A stretch of 17,732 nt of DNA from Campylobacterota bacterium (GTDB taxonomy: Bacteria > Campylobacterota > Campylobacteria > Campylobacterales > Sulfurovaceae): NCBI GenBank assembly GCA_034722955.1, contig JAYEOM010000040.1, positions 1-17,732 of the forward strand, given 5' to 3'. The number at the start of each line of letters is the position of its first letter. The first letter of the stretch is position 1. The notes below the pieces were generated by a model. That model saw only the letters and a list, made by a program, of their open reading frames with translations, searched no databases and had not been told where the DNA came from. Positions 7,482-17,538 of this stretch are shown one piece after another. Both the position numbers and the translations under genes were made by a program.

Positions 7482-10187
7482 ATTTTACCTTAATCTTATC
7501 TACCAAATCTCTATAGGTACTATTTTGAAGATTTTTATACCAACCATACTGTTCAAGATTAGGTATGATATTGTCTACTCTCTTTTCGATCTTGTACAGT
7601 GATAGCTTATCCGCTTTTACTTCTCTATTGCCTAACAGATATATACTCTTGGCTTCTAAAGACCCACCCTGATCATAGCGACTGTTTTTATTGTAGAGAT
7701 TTATGGCTATACTTTTGGTATCCACAAATATAAGATTGTCTGCATTTACCTTTGACTTGTCTTTGATCTCAACCCCTATTACTGTCCTCAAAAAAAGTGT
7801 ATCTGTTATGTTTGCTTCTGACCACTCACCAACAGAGATACCTTTATCTCCCATATCTATAAAGATATTATCTGAAGCACTCATCGTTGTAGTCATTATA
7901 TCCAAACCATCATTTCCGCTATTGATAAAAATATTGTTTGTTATGTTGACATCAGATATATCGATATCAAGTCCATCGCTTCTCGCATCTATAAACTCAC
8001 AACTATCAACTATACCTTTGGCATAAGCTATATGCATAGCATCATCACCCAAGAAATTTTGACCTATTTTACAGTGACGGACTTCAAACCAACCCATATC
8101 GTGGATGTTGAATTGTGAAGTGTAGTGTATCATATTTCTAGTATCTATTGAGCCATTTTCAAATTCACAATACTCAAATCTGCTACCTGTAGCTGCTTCT
8201 CCCTGCACTGCTACCAATCCCCATGGTTTTTTAGGATCTTTTGCTACAAATTTTATAGGGTGATCTTCTGTTCCGACTGCTTCTACTTTGCCATAAAAAT
8301 AGATAGATCTATTGGCATCTATTACAAATGTTGTACCTGTTGCTATCGTAACTGTTGTATACTTATCATACACCAATGTTTCATCTACCTCAATAGTACC
8401 CTCTAGCTTTACTATTTTATCGGTAGATGTAGAGAGTCTGCTTAACTCTGTAGGTGTTGATGGTTTGACATCAAAGCTCTCTACCTTGGAAAACTTTACC
8501 TTTTTACCTGTAACTGCATTGACTCCCCCAAGCAACAGACTACTATCAAAATCAGCAATAGGAGTAGAAAATGTATAAAATCTTGGCGTGGTTACAACTT
8601 TTGTTTTTCCATATCCTGAGAGATCAAGATTTAGTGCATTGCCATCGACGACTCTGCGTCCCGGATACAAAATAGCATCTTTGATATTTTTAGAATCTAT
8701 TTTTACTGGCGAGTTACCATCAACCGAAAAGAGTATTTTGATATTTTGATGATCTTTTTCTATAGTGTACTTGACTACTGCATCATCAAGCATACTCTTG
8801 AGATAGTTCAATCTTGTTTTCAAATTATTAGAGTAGTGACTGAAAATATTATCTATATCTTTTTCGCTTGCGACTATCAATTGAGGAGGGTTGAGGGTCT
8901 CTCCCCAAGGAAATAACTTTTGATTTATAGTGATTTTTCGTCTCTTGTTATCCTCTAAAAAAGAGTCCATAAACTTCTCTTTCTCTTGACTCATAAGAGT
9001 ATTGATATACTCTATATCTATGATTTGCAATAGTCTAAAGAGCTCCTTGTCTCGCTTAAATTCCAGCTGTGGATTTAATGAGATTTGCTCTATGAGAGGG
9101 TAGTATGAGTTATCTTTGTTTTTATCAGATCTCCAGAAGCGGATATCCCAGGATATTGGAGTAAATTTACCTTTGTATGGATCAAAATATATTTTGTGAT
9201 TATGAAAATAGTCATGATGATGGGTACCCCATAGTACATCTAACGCCAGATAAGTATAATATTGATCACTAAAATAGGTATCTGCAAAATTGAAAAATTC
9301 ACTACTGTCATAGCTATTTACAGCTTCGATCAAGAGGTCTATATCTTCTCTGTTTGCTCTCTGCTCTGCATTTCGCGATGCTTTTTTATCCCATAGATCA
9401 CTCTCGTACCACAATTTTGCCACACCGTCTGCACCCATATAATCTGACCATTTTTTGCTCAAATCATAATCACCATCATAGATACTTCCAGGCATAAGAC
9501 GATTTTTCTTAGAAAAGATTCATCTGTCTGATCTAGATATAGATATAAACCTGCATATTTACCATTGAGAAAAACTCTTACAGTTTTTACATCCGGAGCT
9601 AAAGCACCAACCCTTCCAGCTACTTTTTGAGTAATTGGCTCTATCAACATATCTAGAGAGTATAACTTGGTAAAATTCAATGTTTTCATCATATTGTAGG
9701 AGTTATTATCACCAAATTTTATTTTGAGAGATTTGTTATCATATCTCCAATTCCAAGCACTTCCGCCTCTATATCGTATCTTGATTTTTTTGCTGACACC
9801 ATCACCGATCTTCAATCTCGCATCTACATACTCTTCAAAACCGCTAGATGGCAAATCTGCATTTAAAATATTTAACTCTTTTTGATCTATCCAGATATAA
9901 AAACTCTCTAAATTACTATCTTTTTGAAGTTTAGGTGCTGTGAATTTGATATATTCACCATGCAACTCCTCTCTTAAAAAGTAGTGAAATAGATCTTTTG
10001 TCAATGGCATATCTCTGTATGTTATATCCTTATAGCTGTAGTATTTTGTATAAGCATTAATCAGAAAGGAGAGTACGATCACGACTAGTAGAGTTGATAT
10101 CCATATAGCTCTCTGTGTAGAGATCCTGTAGCTAAAGTATATCAACAGTAGCGATACAAACAGTAGCGATAGATACAACATAAACAT
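7471..10187 (-). pseudogene. CotH-family kinase fused to a right-handed beta-helix; split by a 1-nt frameshift at 9503-9507 (real or sequencing error)
   Basis: CotH motifs IRYRGG...KSLKIK, VFLNGKYAGLY, HNHKIYFDP and PISWD span both ORFs. One extra A gives FLRKNRLMPGSIY and a 905-aa protein. The C-terminus has DGLDID/GDKGISVGE beta-helix repeats. Confidence 0.8.
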
Positions 10188-10224
10188 CTCTATATCTCCC
10201 CCACTATGTTAAATAAAAAATATT

Positions 10225-10950
10225 TTATTTAACATAGTGTCTCTTTACATATTTAACTATAAGAGCTGTTGCCTCATCGACACTCATAGTATCAGTATCG
10301 ATTGTAATCTCAGCATATTGGGGCTCTTCATAGATATCATTGATACCGGAAAAGTGTTGGAGTTCTCCGCTTAGTGCCTTGGCATAGACACCTTTATAGT
10401 CTCGTTTTTTACAACTCTCTATATCTGCTTTAACATATACAACGATATTGTTTTTTACCATTTCACGGATAGCTTTGCGGGATTCCCGGTATGGAGAGAC
10501 GAAAGATGCCACAGTAGATATGGCATTATTTTGCAATTTTTGAATTAAAAAACCTATACGATGCATATGACGGTTTCGATCCTCTCTGCTAAATCCTATA
10601 TCTGGTATAAGATCACGGATATCTTTTGAATCCAGTCTCTCTATAGGAATCTGAAGTTTTTCTAGCTCTTCGTAGACTCTGTCTGCGATCGTTGTCTTAC
10701 CGGAAAGAGGCAAGCCGGTAAACCAGAGATTAAATGGCTCTATCTTCTCTTTTCCCCAGCGTATCTTGAACCATGCTCTCTCATGTGCCCAGTATAGCCC
10801 TACCTTTAGTACCGTCTCTATTAGACCCGCAGCAATCGCTAGATCTAACCTCCCAAAGAAAAAATAGACAATTATGATAGTTGTAGTAGTAGCTACTATA
10901 CGCCAGCTGATTCCCTTCACTATGGAGCGTTGATTGGTTTCTCTATACAT
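10225..10950 (-). CDS. cysC: DUF2061-like membrane domain fused to an APS-kinase domain
   Basis: N-terminal ETNQRSIVKGISWR...HERAW with two TM segments, followed by WFTGLPLSGKTT, GFSREDR, RDYKGVY and FSGINDIYEEP. Confidence 0.85.
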   Translation of the reverse strand: MYRETNQRSIVKGISWRIVATTTTIIIVYFFFGRLDLAIAAGLIETVLKVGLYWAHERAWFKIRWGKEKIEPFNLWFTGLPLSGKTTIADRVYEELEKLQIPIERLDSKDIRDLIPDIGFSREDRNRHMHRIGFLIQKLQNNAISTVASFVSPYRESRKAIREMVKNNIVVYVKADIESCKKRDYKGVYAKALSGELQHFSGINDIYEEPQYAEITIDTDTMSVDEATALIVKYVKRHYVK

Positions 10951-12362
10951 CAGACTGCTTTACAGTTCCACTCTGGAAAATTCTTTCGGATGAAAGCATT
11001 GAGTTCTACTTCTGCTTGGCTATACTCTCTATGTTTGATCGACACCTTATCCTGCTCTCTAGCACTCACATCGACTATCATGCCTGCTCCTACTGTATCA
11101 TTGCTGATACGATCCACTACGATAAAACTTCCGGTTAATCTATTGCTCTTATATGCATCAGCTGCGATAGGACGCGTAATCATCATTCTACAAGATGCGA
11201 TATCATTTAACTGAAGTCTATCTACTTGTGTCCTCTTATATGTATTGACATCAACCTTGTAGTTGATATGCTCAAAGTGACCGTTTACCACTGAAGTTGC
11301 TCGTTTTATATCATAGGTGCGACCAACTATCATAGGTTTCTCATCCATCCAGACTATCATAACCTTGAGGCTATTGGATATCCTAGGCAACTTGTCGGCA
11401 TGAACGATCATATCACCCCTAGAGATATCTACCTCATCTTCTGTCGTTATGGTGATTGCCATAGGAGCGTAAGCTTCATCGGTAGTGGCATTTCGGTCTG
11501 CTTCTGTTGTGTCACCTGCATTGATGATACTTTTGACCTTTGTTGTCTTGCCTGATGGTAATACTGTGACTAAATCACCAACCTTGATGGAGCCTGCAGC
11601 AATCGTACCGCAAAAACCTCTAAAGTCCAGATTTGGGCGATTGACATACTGCACAGGAAATCTAAAGCTCTCTTCTCTCTCCTCCTTGCTCACATCCATA
11701 CTGTCGAGCATGGTAAGCAGAGGTTCGCCAGAGTACCAAGGTGTATGAGTGCTTCTCTCTACAACATTGTCACCATCCAAGGCACTCACGGGGATATAAT
11801 AGCAGTTCTTGATGCCCAACTCCTCCGATAACTCTCCGTAAGATTTGGAGATATCATCATAGATCTTTTCGTCAAAGTCCACAAGATCCATCTTGTTGAT
11901 AGCTACGATAATATGTTCAATACCCAAAAGAGATACTATAAAGCTATGACGACGCGTTTGGGTCAAGATCCCTTTTCTGGCATCTATGAGTATGATAGCT
12001 ACATCAGCTGTAGATGCACCTGTCACCATATTGCGAGTATACTGCTCATGACCTGGTGTATCTGCAATGATAAATTTACGATTTTCTGTAGCAAAAAAAC
12101 GGTATGCAACATCTATCGTAATACCCTGCTCTCGTTCACTCTGAAGACCATCGACTAGAAGTGCCATATCGATCTTTTCACCGGTGGTTCCATATTTTTT
12201 GCTCTCACTCTCGGCAGCTGCAAGTTGATCATCAAAGATCATCTTGGAGTCATACAACATCCTGCCTATGAGTGTACTTTTGCCATCATCCACAGATCCG
12301 CAGGTGAGGAAGCGGAGCATATCTTTATTTTCATGCTCTTTTAGGTAGTTTATAATATCCAT
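10950..12362 (-). CDS. cysN: Sulfate adenylyltransferase subunit 1 (GTPase)
   Basis: TCGSVDDGKSTLIGR, EREQGITIDVAYR, DTPGHEQY, NKMD. Confidence 0.97.
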   Translation of the reverse strand: MDIINYLKEHENKDMLRFLTCGSVDDGKSTLIGRMLYDSKMIFDDQLAAAESESKKYGTTGEKIDMALLVDGLQSEREQGITIDVAYRFFATENRKFIIADTPGHEQYTRNMVTGASTADVAIILIDARKGILTQTRRHSFIVSLLGIEHIIVAINKMDLVDFDEKIYDDISKSYGELSEELGIKNCYYIPVSALDGDNVVERSTHTPWYSGEPLLTMLDSMDVSKEEREESFRFPVQYVNRPNLDFRGFCGTIAAGSIKVGDLVTVLPSGKTTKVKSIINAGDTTEADRNATTDEAYAPMAITITTEDEVDISRGDMIVHADKLPRISNSLKVMIVWMDEKPMIVGRTYDIKRATSVVNGHFEHINYKVDVNTYKRTQVDRLQLNDIASCRMMITRPIAADAYKSNRLTGSFIVVDRISNDTVGAGMIVDVSAREQDKVSIKHREYSQAEVELNAFIRKNFPEWNCKAV

Positions 12363-13273
12363 TAAAAATATCCCTCTATTTTTTTGAGTTCCATAGCACC
12401 CTCTTGATCTTTATCTATCAGACGACCCTCTCGTTCACTACTTGTGGATAGAAGCATCTCTTTGATGATCTCAGGCAGTGTGGATGCCGTAGAGTTAATG
12501 GCACCTGTCAGAGGATAACATCCTAGGGTTCTGAAGCGTACCATCTCATTTTTGGCTGTCTTGAGAAGCTCTTTGGGTACACGGTCATCATCTACCATCA
12601 CCTTGGTACCCTCATACTCAACCACAGGACGCTCCTTGGCGAGGTAGAGTGAAGGTATAGGGATCTCCTCCAGATATATATACTGCCATATATCAAGCTC
12701 TGTCCAGTTAGAGATAGGAAAGACACGAACACTTTCACCTTTTTGGATGGCAGTATTGTAGACACTCCATAGCTCAGGACGCTGGTTTTTGGGATCCCAA
12801 TGGTGATGTTTGTCTCGAAATGAGAATATCCTCTCTTTTGCCCTAGACTTCTCTTCATCTCTGCGAGCTCCGCCAATGATAGCATCATAGCCTCCCTTGT
12901 TGAGAGCCTGCTTTAGGGCTTCAGTCTTCATGATGTCTGTATGGATTTTACTGCCATGTTCAAAAGGTGAAATATCCATCTCGATCCCTTCAGGGTTGGA
13001 GTGAACAATAAGGTCAAAGCCAAGATCCTTCACTCTCTGATCGCGGAACTCTATCATCTCTCTAAATTTCCATAGCGTATCGACATGCAAGAGAGGAAAA
13101 GGGAGTTTGCTAGGAGCAAATGCCTTCATAGCCAGATGTAACATCACAGAGGAGTCCTTGCCTACAGAGTACATCATCACTGGATTGCTAAACTCCGCCG
13201 CAACTTCACGAAGGATATAGATAGATTCAGCTTCAAGTTGCTTGAGATGAGTAAGTCGTTGGGGTGTTATCAT
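12362..13273 (-). CDS. cysD: Sulfate adenylyltransferase subunit 2
   Basis: [47 protein letters not shown]. Confidence 0.97.
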   Translation of the reverse strand: MITPQRLTHLKQLEAESIYILREVAAEFSNPVMMYSVGKDSSVMLHLAMKAFAPSKLPFPLLHVDTLWKFREMIEFRDQRVKDLGFDLIVHSNPEGIEMDISPFEHGSKIHTDIMKTEALKQALNKGGYDAIIGGARRDEEKSRAKERIFSFRDKHHHWDPKNQRPELWSVYNTAIQKGESVRVFPISNWTELDIWQYIYLEEIPIPSLYLAKERPVVEYEGTKVMVDDDRVPKELLKTAKNEMVRFRTLGCYPLTGAINSTASTLPEIIKEMLLSTSSEREGRLIDKDQEGAMELKKIEGYF

Positions 13274-13301
13274 TGGTTTCCATTCAACTATTTATTTTGG
13301 C

Positions 13302-13383
13302 TATAATTATATCTAAAAAATATTTTTATAAACTGTTTGTGACTGTTGGAGGCTTTGGTTACTGAAGCAAGATATGCTAAAAT
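13302..13383. promoter_or_regulatory. Divergent promoter region
   Basis: TATAATTATA (13302-13311) gives a -10 box on both strands. TGCTAAAAT (13375-13383) lies 6 nt before the ATG at 13390. Confidence 0.55.
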
Positions 13384-13389
13384 TGCTCT

Positions 13390-14295
13390 ATGAACTTTAC
13401 ATTTGCATCTCCATACTTCCTGATACTGCTACTGCTTATCCCATGCCTATTGTGGTGCAGAGAACATAGCAGGAGATTTTATTTTCCAAAACTAGAGTGG
13501 ATGGAGAGAGAGTCTGTTTTGACTCTTGACTCTCTACTCAAGATAGTACTCTTTACACTGATGGTTATCGCTCTAGCTATGCCATACATCTATGATCCAT
13601 CTTCAAGCAGTCATAAAAAAGGGCGAGATCTCATCCTTGCTATAGATGCTAGCGGTTCGATGGCAGAGAGTGGATTTGATGCAGAGGATCGCTTCAAAAG
13701 CAGGTATGAGATCTCACTGGAACTCTCCAAAGAGTTCATTGGTAAGCGGCTCGATGATAATATGGGTGTAGTTATATTTGGTACCTTTGCCTATACTGCA
13801 TCTGCACTCACTTATGATCTAGGATCTCTCTCTTATATGCTGGATATGACGGCAGTAGGTGTAGCAGGGGAGAGTACAGCTATAGGTGATGCCATCATGC
13901 AGTCTATCCATACTCTCTCTTTTGGCAGTGCAGAAAAAAGAGCTATTATCCTACTAACAGACGGTTATCACAATGCAGGAGTGAGTGCACCCAGTATGGC
14001 TGTAGATAGAGCCAAAAAAGAGGGCATCAAGATCTATACTATCGGTATAGGCAAATCTAACGACTATGATAGAGCACTGCTAGAGACCATAGCTAGAGAG
14101 AGTGGTGGCAAATCCTATGCAGCCAACTCGGCAGAAGGGTTAAAAAAAATCTATAGAGATATAGATTCACTCGAACCAAGCCCGATACGCAGTGAAAATT
14201 TTCTCAACCGATATATGCTATTTTACTATCCGCTTTTGTTAGCTTTTGGGCTTCTGTTTTTCTGGGTCATGTTACAGCGAAGGAGCAGTGTATGA
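13390..14295 (+). CDS. BatA-like VWA-domain membrane protein
   Basis: N-terminal TM segments (F..P..L; ALA.P), MIDAS DASGS, TAIGDA, LLTDG, IYTIGIG, and a C-terminal TM. Confidence 0.85.
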   Translation: MNFTFASPYFLILLLLIPCLLWCREHSRRFYFPKLEWMERESVLTLDSLLKIVLFTLMVIALAMPYIYDPSSSSHKKGRDLILAIDASGSMAESGFDAEDRFKSRYEISLELSKEFIGKRLDDNMGVVIFGTFAYTASALTYDLGSLSYMLDMTAVGVAGESTAIGDAIMQSIHTLSFGSAEKRAIILLTDGYHNAGVSAPSMAVDRAKKEGIKIYTIGIGKSNDYDRALLETIARESGGKSYAANSAEGLKKIYRDIDSLEPSPIRSENFLNRYMLFYYPLLLAFGLLFFWVMLQRRSSV

Positions 14296-15818
14296 GTCTA
14301 CTATATCCACAATTTTTCTGGCTGCTTATACCTATATTTGTTTTATATTATCATCGTCCCAAACGATTGGTAGATACTGCCCACCTCACTATTTTAATGC
14401 TTGTTACTCTAGCACTTACCCGACCCATCTTGGATCAAAAGCCCCAAGAGATAGAGATAGAGGGTAGAGATATTATCATAGCTATAGATATCTCCTACTC
14501 TATGAGAGCAGAGGATATAAAACCTGATCGTTATACTTATGCCAAAGAGGCTATCAATGCTCTTCTAAGCTCCAATACCGCAGACAGTGTCACACTCATA
14601 GCTTTTACTACCAATCCTCTACTCCTATCTCCACCTACTACAGATCATCAACTTATCTCTATAGCACTAGAGACACTCAATCTAGATAACATATTGACTC
14701 AGGGTACATCTCTGGAGAAACTCTTCAAGAGGATATCTGCGCTGAACATGCCAGAGAAAAATCTGCTTCTGATCACTGATGGAGGAGATGAGAGTGATAT
14801 CTCTATGCTTAATGATATCATCCGAGAGTCATCTATCTCTCTGACTATTTTAGCTCTAGGGAGCAGGCAGGGTGTCACGATCAAAAATAGAGATGGCACC
14901 CTCCTCAAGAACAGCAAAGGTGACCTTGTCATCTCCCGTATCAACCCTATGCTGGAGATACTCTCAAGGCAAAACAGTGGTACCTATCTTGCCCCTATAT
15001 CAACTCCGGAGGATACAGCAAAAGCACTACAGGAGAGTTTAGATGCACAACAGCTACAGAAGAGTGTCGTGAAAAAAACCCAACAGGGCTACACAGAACT
15101 CTATCAGTTTCCCCTGCTTTTGGCTACTCTGCTTTTTTTGATACTTCATACACGAGCGGTCAGACTATTGATACTGCTCTCTCTGCTATGGGGGACACAA
15201 TCTTCCGCCTCTATATTTGAGAGATACTCACTGCATCAAGCCTATAGATACTACAGAGATGGTGACTTCAATGCTACCCAACAGAGTATAGCCAATATCG
15301 CACACGCTTCTCTTCAGAGCCAAATGGCACTCGCAGGTAGCTACTATAAGCAGGCATACTACAAAAAAGCACTAACGATATACCGATCTATAGACTCCAC
15401 CTCACTAGCAACCAAACAGATACTTTACTACAATATTGCAAACTGTTATGCTAAACAGGAGAGATATGAGAAGGCAAGGAGCTACTATATCAAAGCTCTG
15501 CAGTTTGGAGAAGATAGTGATGCTCTATATAACTTGGATCTCATCATGATACTAAAGAGCAAAAAACTCTCAAGGCTAAATATGGCACAACCAAAATCTA
15601 AAAGCAACAGCTCTAGTAGTAGCCAAGAGCAAAAAGAGGATGGCAAGAGGAGTGAAGAGCAGCAGAGTTCCGGTAGTGGTGGCGGCAGCCAAAAGAGTTC
15701 CAAAACCAAAGAGGAGATCAGAGCCATCACAGAGGGGGTCAGCAAAAAGCAGCCTCTCGGCTCAAAAGTATATGATCTGATAAACAAAGGATATATTCAT
15801 GAAAAACAGCCTTGGTAA
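14292..15818 (+). CDS. BatB-like VWA domain fused to TPR (BatC-like) and a low-complexity tail
   Basis: DISYSM.A.DI.P.R, PPTTDH, ITDGGD; TPR YYNIANCYAKQERYEKA..YY.KAL; S/Q-rich linker; ends in PW. Confidence 0.85.
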   Translation: MSLLYPQFFWLLIPIFVLYYHRPKRLVDTAHLTILMLVTLALTRPILDQKPQEIEIEGRDIIIAIDISYSMRAEDIKPDRYTYAKEAINALLSSNTADSVTLIAFTTNPLLLSPPTTDHQLISIALETLNLDNILTQGTSLEKLFKRISALNMPEKNLLLITDGGDESDISMLNDIIRESSISLTILALGSRQGVTIKNRDGTLLKNSKGDLVISRINPMLEILSRQNSGTYLAPISTPEDTAKALQESLDAQQLQKSVVKKTQQGYTELYQFPLLLATLLFLILHTRAVRLLILLSLLWGTQSSASIFERYSLHQAYRYYRDGDFNATQQSIANIAHASLQSQMALAGSYYKQAYYKKALTIYRSIDSTSLATKQILYYNIANCYAKQERYEKARSYYIKALQFGEDSDALYNLDLIMILKSKKLSRLNMAQPKSKSNSSSSSQEQKEDGKRSEEQQSSGSGGGSQKSSKTKEEIRAITEGVSKKQPLGSKVYDLINKGYIHEKQPW

Positions 15819-16944
15819 GATAATGATAAAACTCACTATCATACTACTAACTAGTTCAGTACTCTACGCTGGTGGCTTTACCTCTAAATTTACACTAAAC
15901 AAAAGCAACCCATATATCAAGGAGGCTGTAGTATTGACTCTCGATCTTGAGCAGACTGACTCTACTCAAGTAATGCTTTTCAAATTTGATATCAAAGAGA
16001 GCAGGGATTATGAGTTTTACCGTCTTAACATCAAAGAGGAGGATGCTTATCATGCTACGAAAGTACACTATCTGTATCTCATCTATCCTCTCCGTTCCGG
16101 TGATGTCACTATCGACTTTGATCTGACACAGATGGTCACAACTGACGAGAAGGTAGCTTTCAGCTTCTCTGGAGATAGAGACAATATCAGGGGACTCAAC
16201 AAAACGGATATCCCTATCAAGCTCAAGCCGATCAAGCTCAAGGTCAAAGCACTCCCAAAGAATACTGCTCTAGTGGGTGATTTCGATCTCACCACTACCA
16301 TCAAGAGCCATACGGCAAAAGTCTATGAGCCTATCCACTTGAGTATATCTATCAAGGGAGAAGGGTATACCTCCATACTGCCAAACATCATACCGGAGGG
16401 AGATCAGTATAGACGCTTTATGGAGAAACCCACCATCCACTCCACAAGAAGCCAAAAAGGCACAAAGAGTACTCTCACCTACCCTATAGCACTCAGTGCC
16501 AAGGAGAGCTTTGATCTTGCTAGCATAAAGATAAATGCCTTTGATCCAAAGAGTGAAAAATCTTATGAGTTGATCATCCCAAAGCAGCACTTTGAGATAA
16601 CCAAACCAGATCCAGGCAGTATGATCGACAAGATAGACTCTCCGCCACCTCTCTATACGGATTGGGGTTGGTTGACAACTCTACTGGGGTATATGATTGT
16701 CTTTATCGCTGGTTTCTTGAGTGCTAAAAGTATCAACTGGAGAGCCAAACCAAAAGAAGAGTTACCTCAAGAGACCATAAGAGATCAGATAAAATCGATA
16801 GATGATCCCAAAGAGCTCTTGGCTCTACTCATAGCAACTGAGAGCAGAGACTACAGATCCACTATAGAAAAACTAGAAAGTTCTATCTATGGAGAGAGGA
16901 AAATATCTCTGAAGCGTATCAAGAGAGAGTTGGAAAGTTCCTAA
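15799..16944 (+). CDS. BatD-like protein
   Basis: Signal peptide, beta-rich body (YLIYPLRSG, LKVKALP, VGDF), late TM segment. AAGGA RBS before 15799. Positioned after two VWA genes. Confidence 0.75.
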   Translation: MKNSLGKIMIKLTIILLTSSVLYAGGFTSKFTLNKSNPYIKEAVVLTLDLEQTDSTQVMLFKFDIKESRDYEFYRLNIKEEDAYHATKVHYLYLIYPLRSGDVTIDFDLTQMVTTDEKVAFSFSGDRDNIRGLNKTDIPIKLKPIKLKVKALPKNTALVGDFDLTTTIKSHTAKVYEPIHLSISIKGEGYTSILPNIIPEGDQYRRFMEKPTIHSTRSQKGTKSTLTYPIALSAKESFDLASIKINAFDPKSEKSYELIIPKQHFEITKPDPGSMIDKIDSPPPLYTDWGWLTTLLGYMIVFIAGFLSAKSINWRAKPKEELPQETIRDQIKSIDDPKELLALLIATESRDYRSTIEKLESSIYGERKISLKRIKRELESS

Positions 16945-16952
16945 GTAGAGAA

Positions 16953-17004
16953 GTAGAGGGGTAACAATATAAGATGATTGCTTATATTTACGTGTTCAGG
17001 TGAT
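16953..17004. repeat. GTAG-led hairpin and element-end motif between converging genes; may also terminate transcription
   Basis: GTAGAGGGGT (the same 10-mer as minus strand 103-112), stem AATATAAG/CTTATATT (16966-16988), and TCAGGTGAT at 16996-17004 just beyond the transposase stop. Confidence 0.5.
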
Positions 17005-17013
17005 AACGATAAC

Positions 17014-17523
17014 TCACTCCCTACTCCTCTTTATCACCCCAAACACAGCAGGTTGCGATATACCCAATACTTTGGCAATCATATGCTGAGAGTAGCCTTG
17101 TGCAGTAGCATCTAATATTATTCTGTTTCGCTCTTTCATATCCTTTATGTCTTGAAATAACTTTTCTAACTCTTCTACCTTTGGTCGTGTATCAATATTG
17201 GGTGCTTCTAGCAGGGAAGATGCCTCTCTAAGTTCTTGTAGTTGTACTCTGTCTACAGGGTTAGTCAAAAATAGTTCTATCGCCTCTTTGTACCCCAAGG
17301 GTATTTGTTCCTTCGGTCGGACATCTTCTTTATAGTTTTGCACCACCCACGAGTTTTTTAAACACTCTGGTATCTCTTTGTAGTTTAGAAAGTGATGATA
17401 CGAACTGTATGGGTAGTCTGCTAAATCTTTTACAATATTGGCTTTAAGTGGGTTTTGTTCTATATAGCACGAGAGGGTATAGAGGTAAGCTTCATCCTTG
17501 ACATACCACGATTTAAATCTTCC
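17014..17523 (-). pseudogene. 5'-truncated Y1 (HUH) REP-associated tyrosine transposase with C-terminal HTH
   Basis: GRFKS, YIEQNPLKA, YPYSSY and the HTH GYSQHMIAKVLGIS are present. The N-terminal HUH half is absent; the sequence switches to GTAGTG repeats at 17524. Confidence 0.85.
17291..17323. repeat. Putative 33-nt in-frame palindromic insert
   Basis: GC-richer TACCC-CAA-GGGTA hairpin plus an imperfect TGTTCC..GGACA stem. Removing it keeps the frame (NYKED-KEAIEL). Confidence 0.45.
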
Positions 17524-17538
17524 TACACTACACACTAC

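Noticed and set aside
10144..10171. 13-bp direct repeat AACAGTAGCGATA with a 15-nt period
   Set aside because: Small in-frame duplication in a TM helix (LSLL/VSLL); no evidence of function.
15590..15715. Ser/Gln/Gly-rich low-complexity stretch
   Set aside because: Ordinary linker of BatB/BatC-type proteins.
2013..16590. Remaining short antisense or alternate-frame ORFs in the track (e.g. 2013, 5437, 5968, 7703, 8312, 10930, 11485, 11913, 12598, 14246, 14699, 15485, 16083, 16270)
   Set aside because: All lie within well-supported genes and lack motifs.
17524..17535. Track start MCSV of the transposase
   Set aside because: Derived from GTAGTG repeat sequence, not from the transposase.
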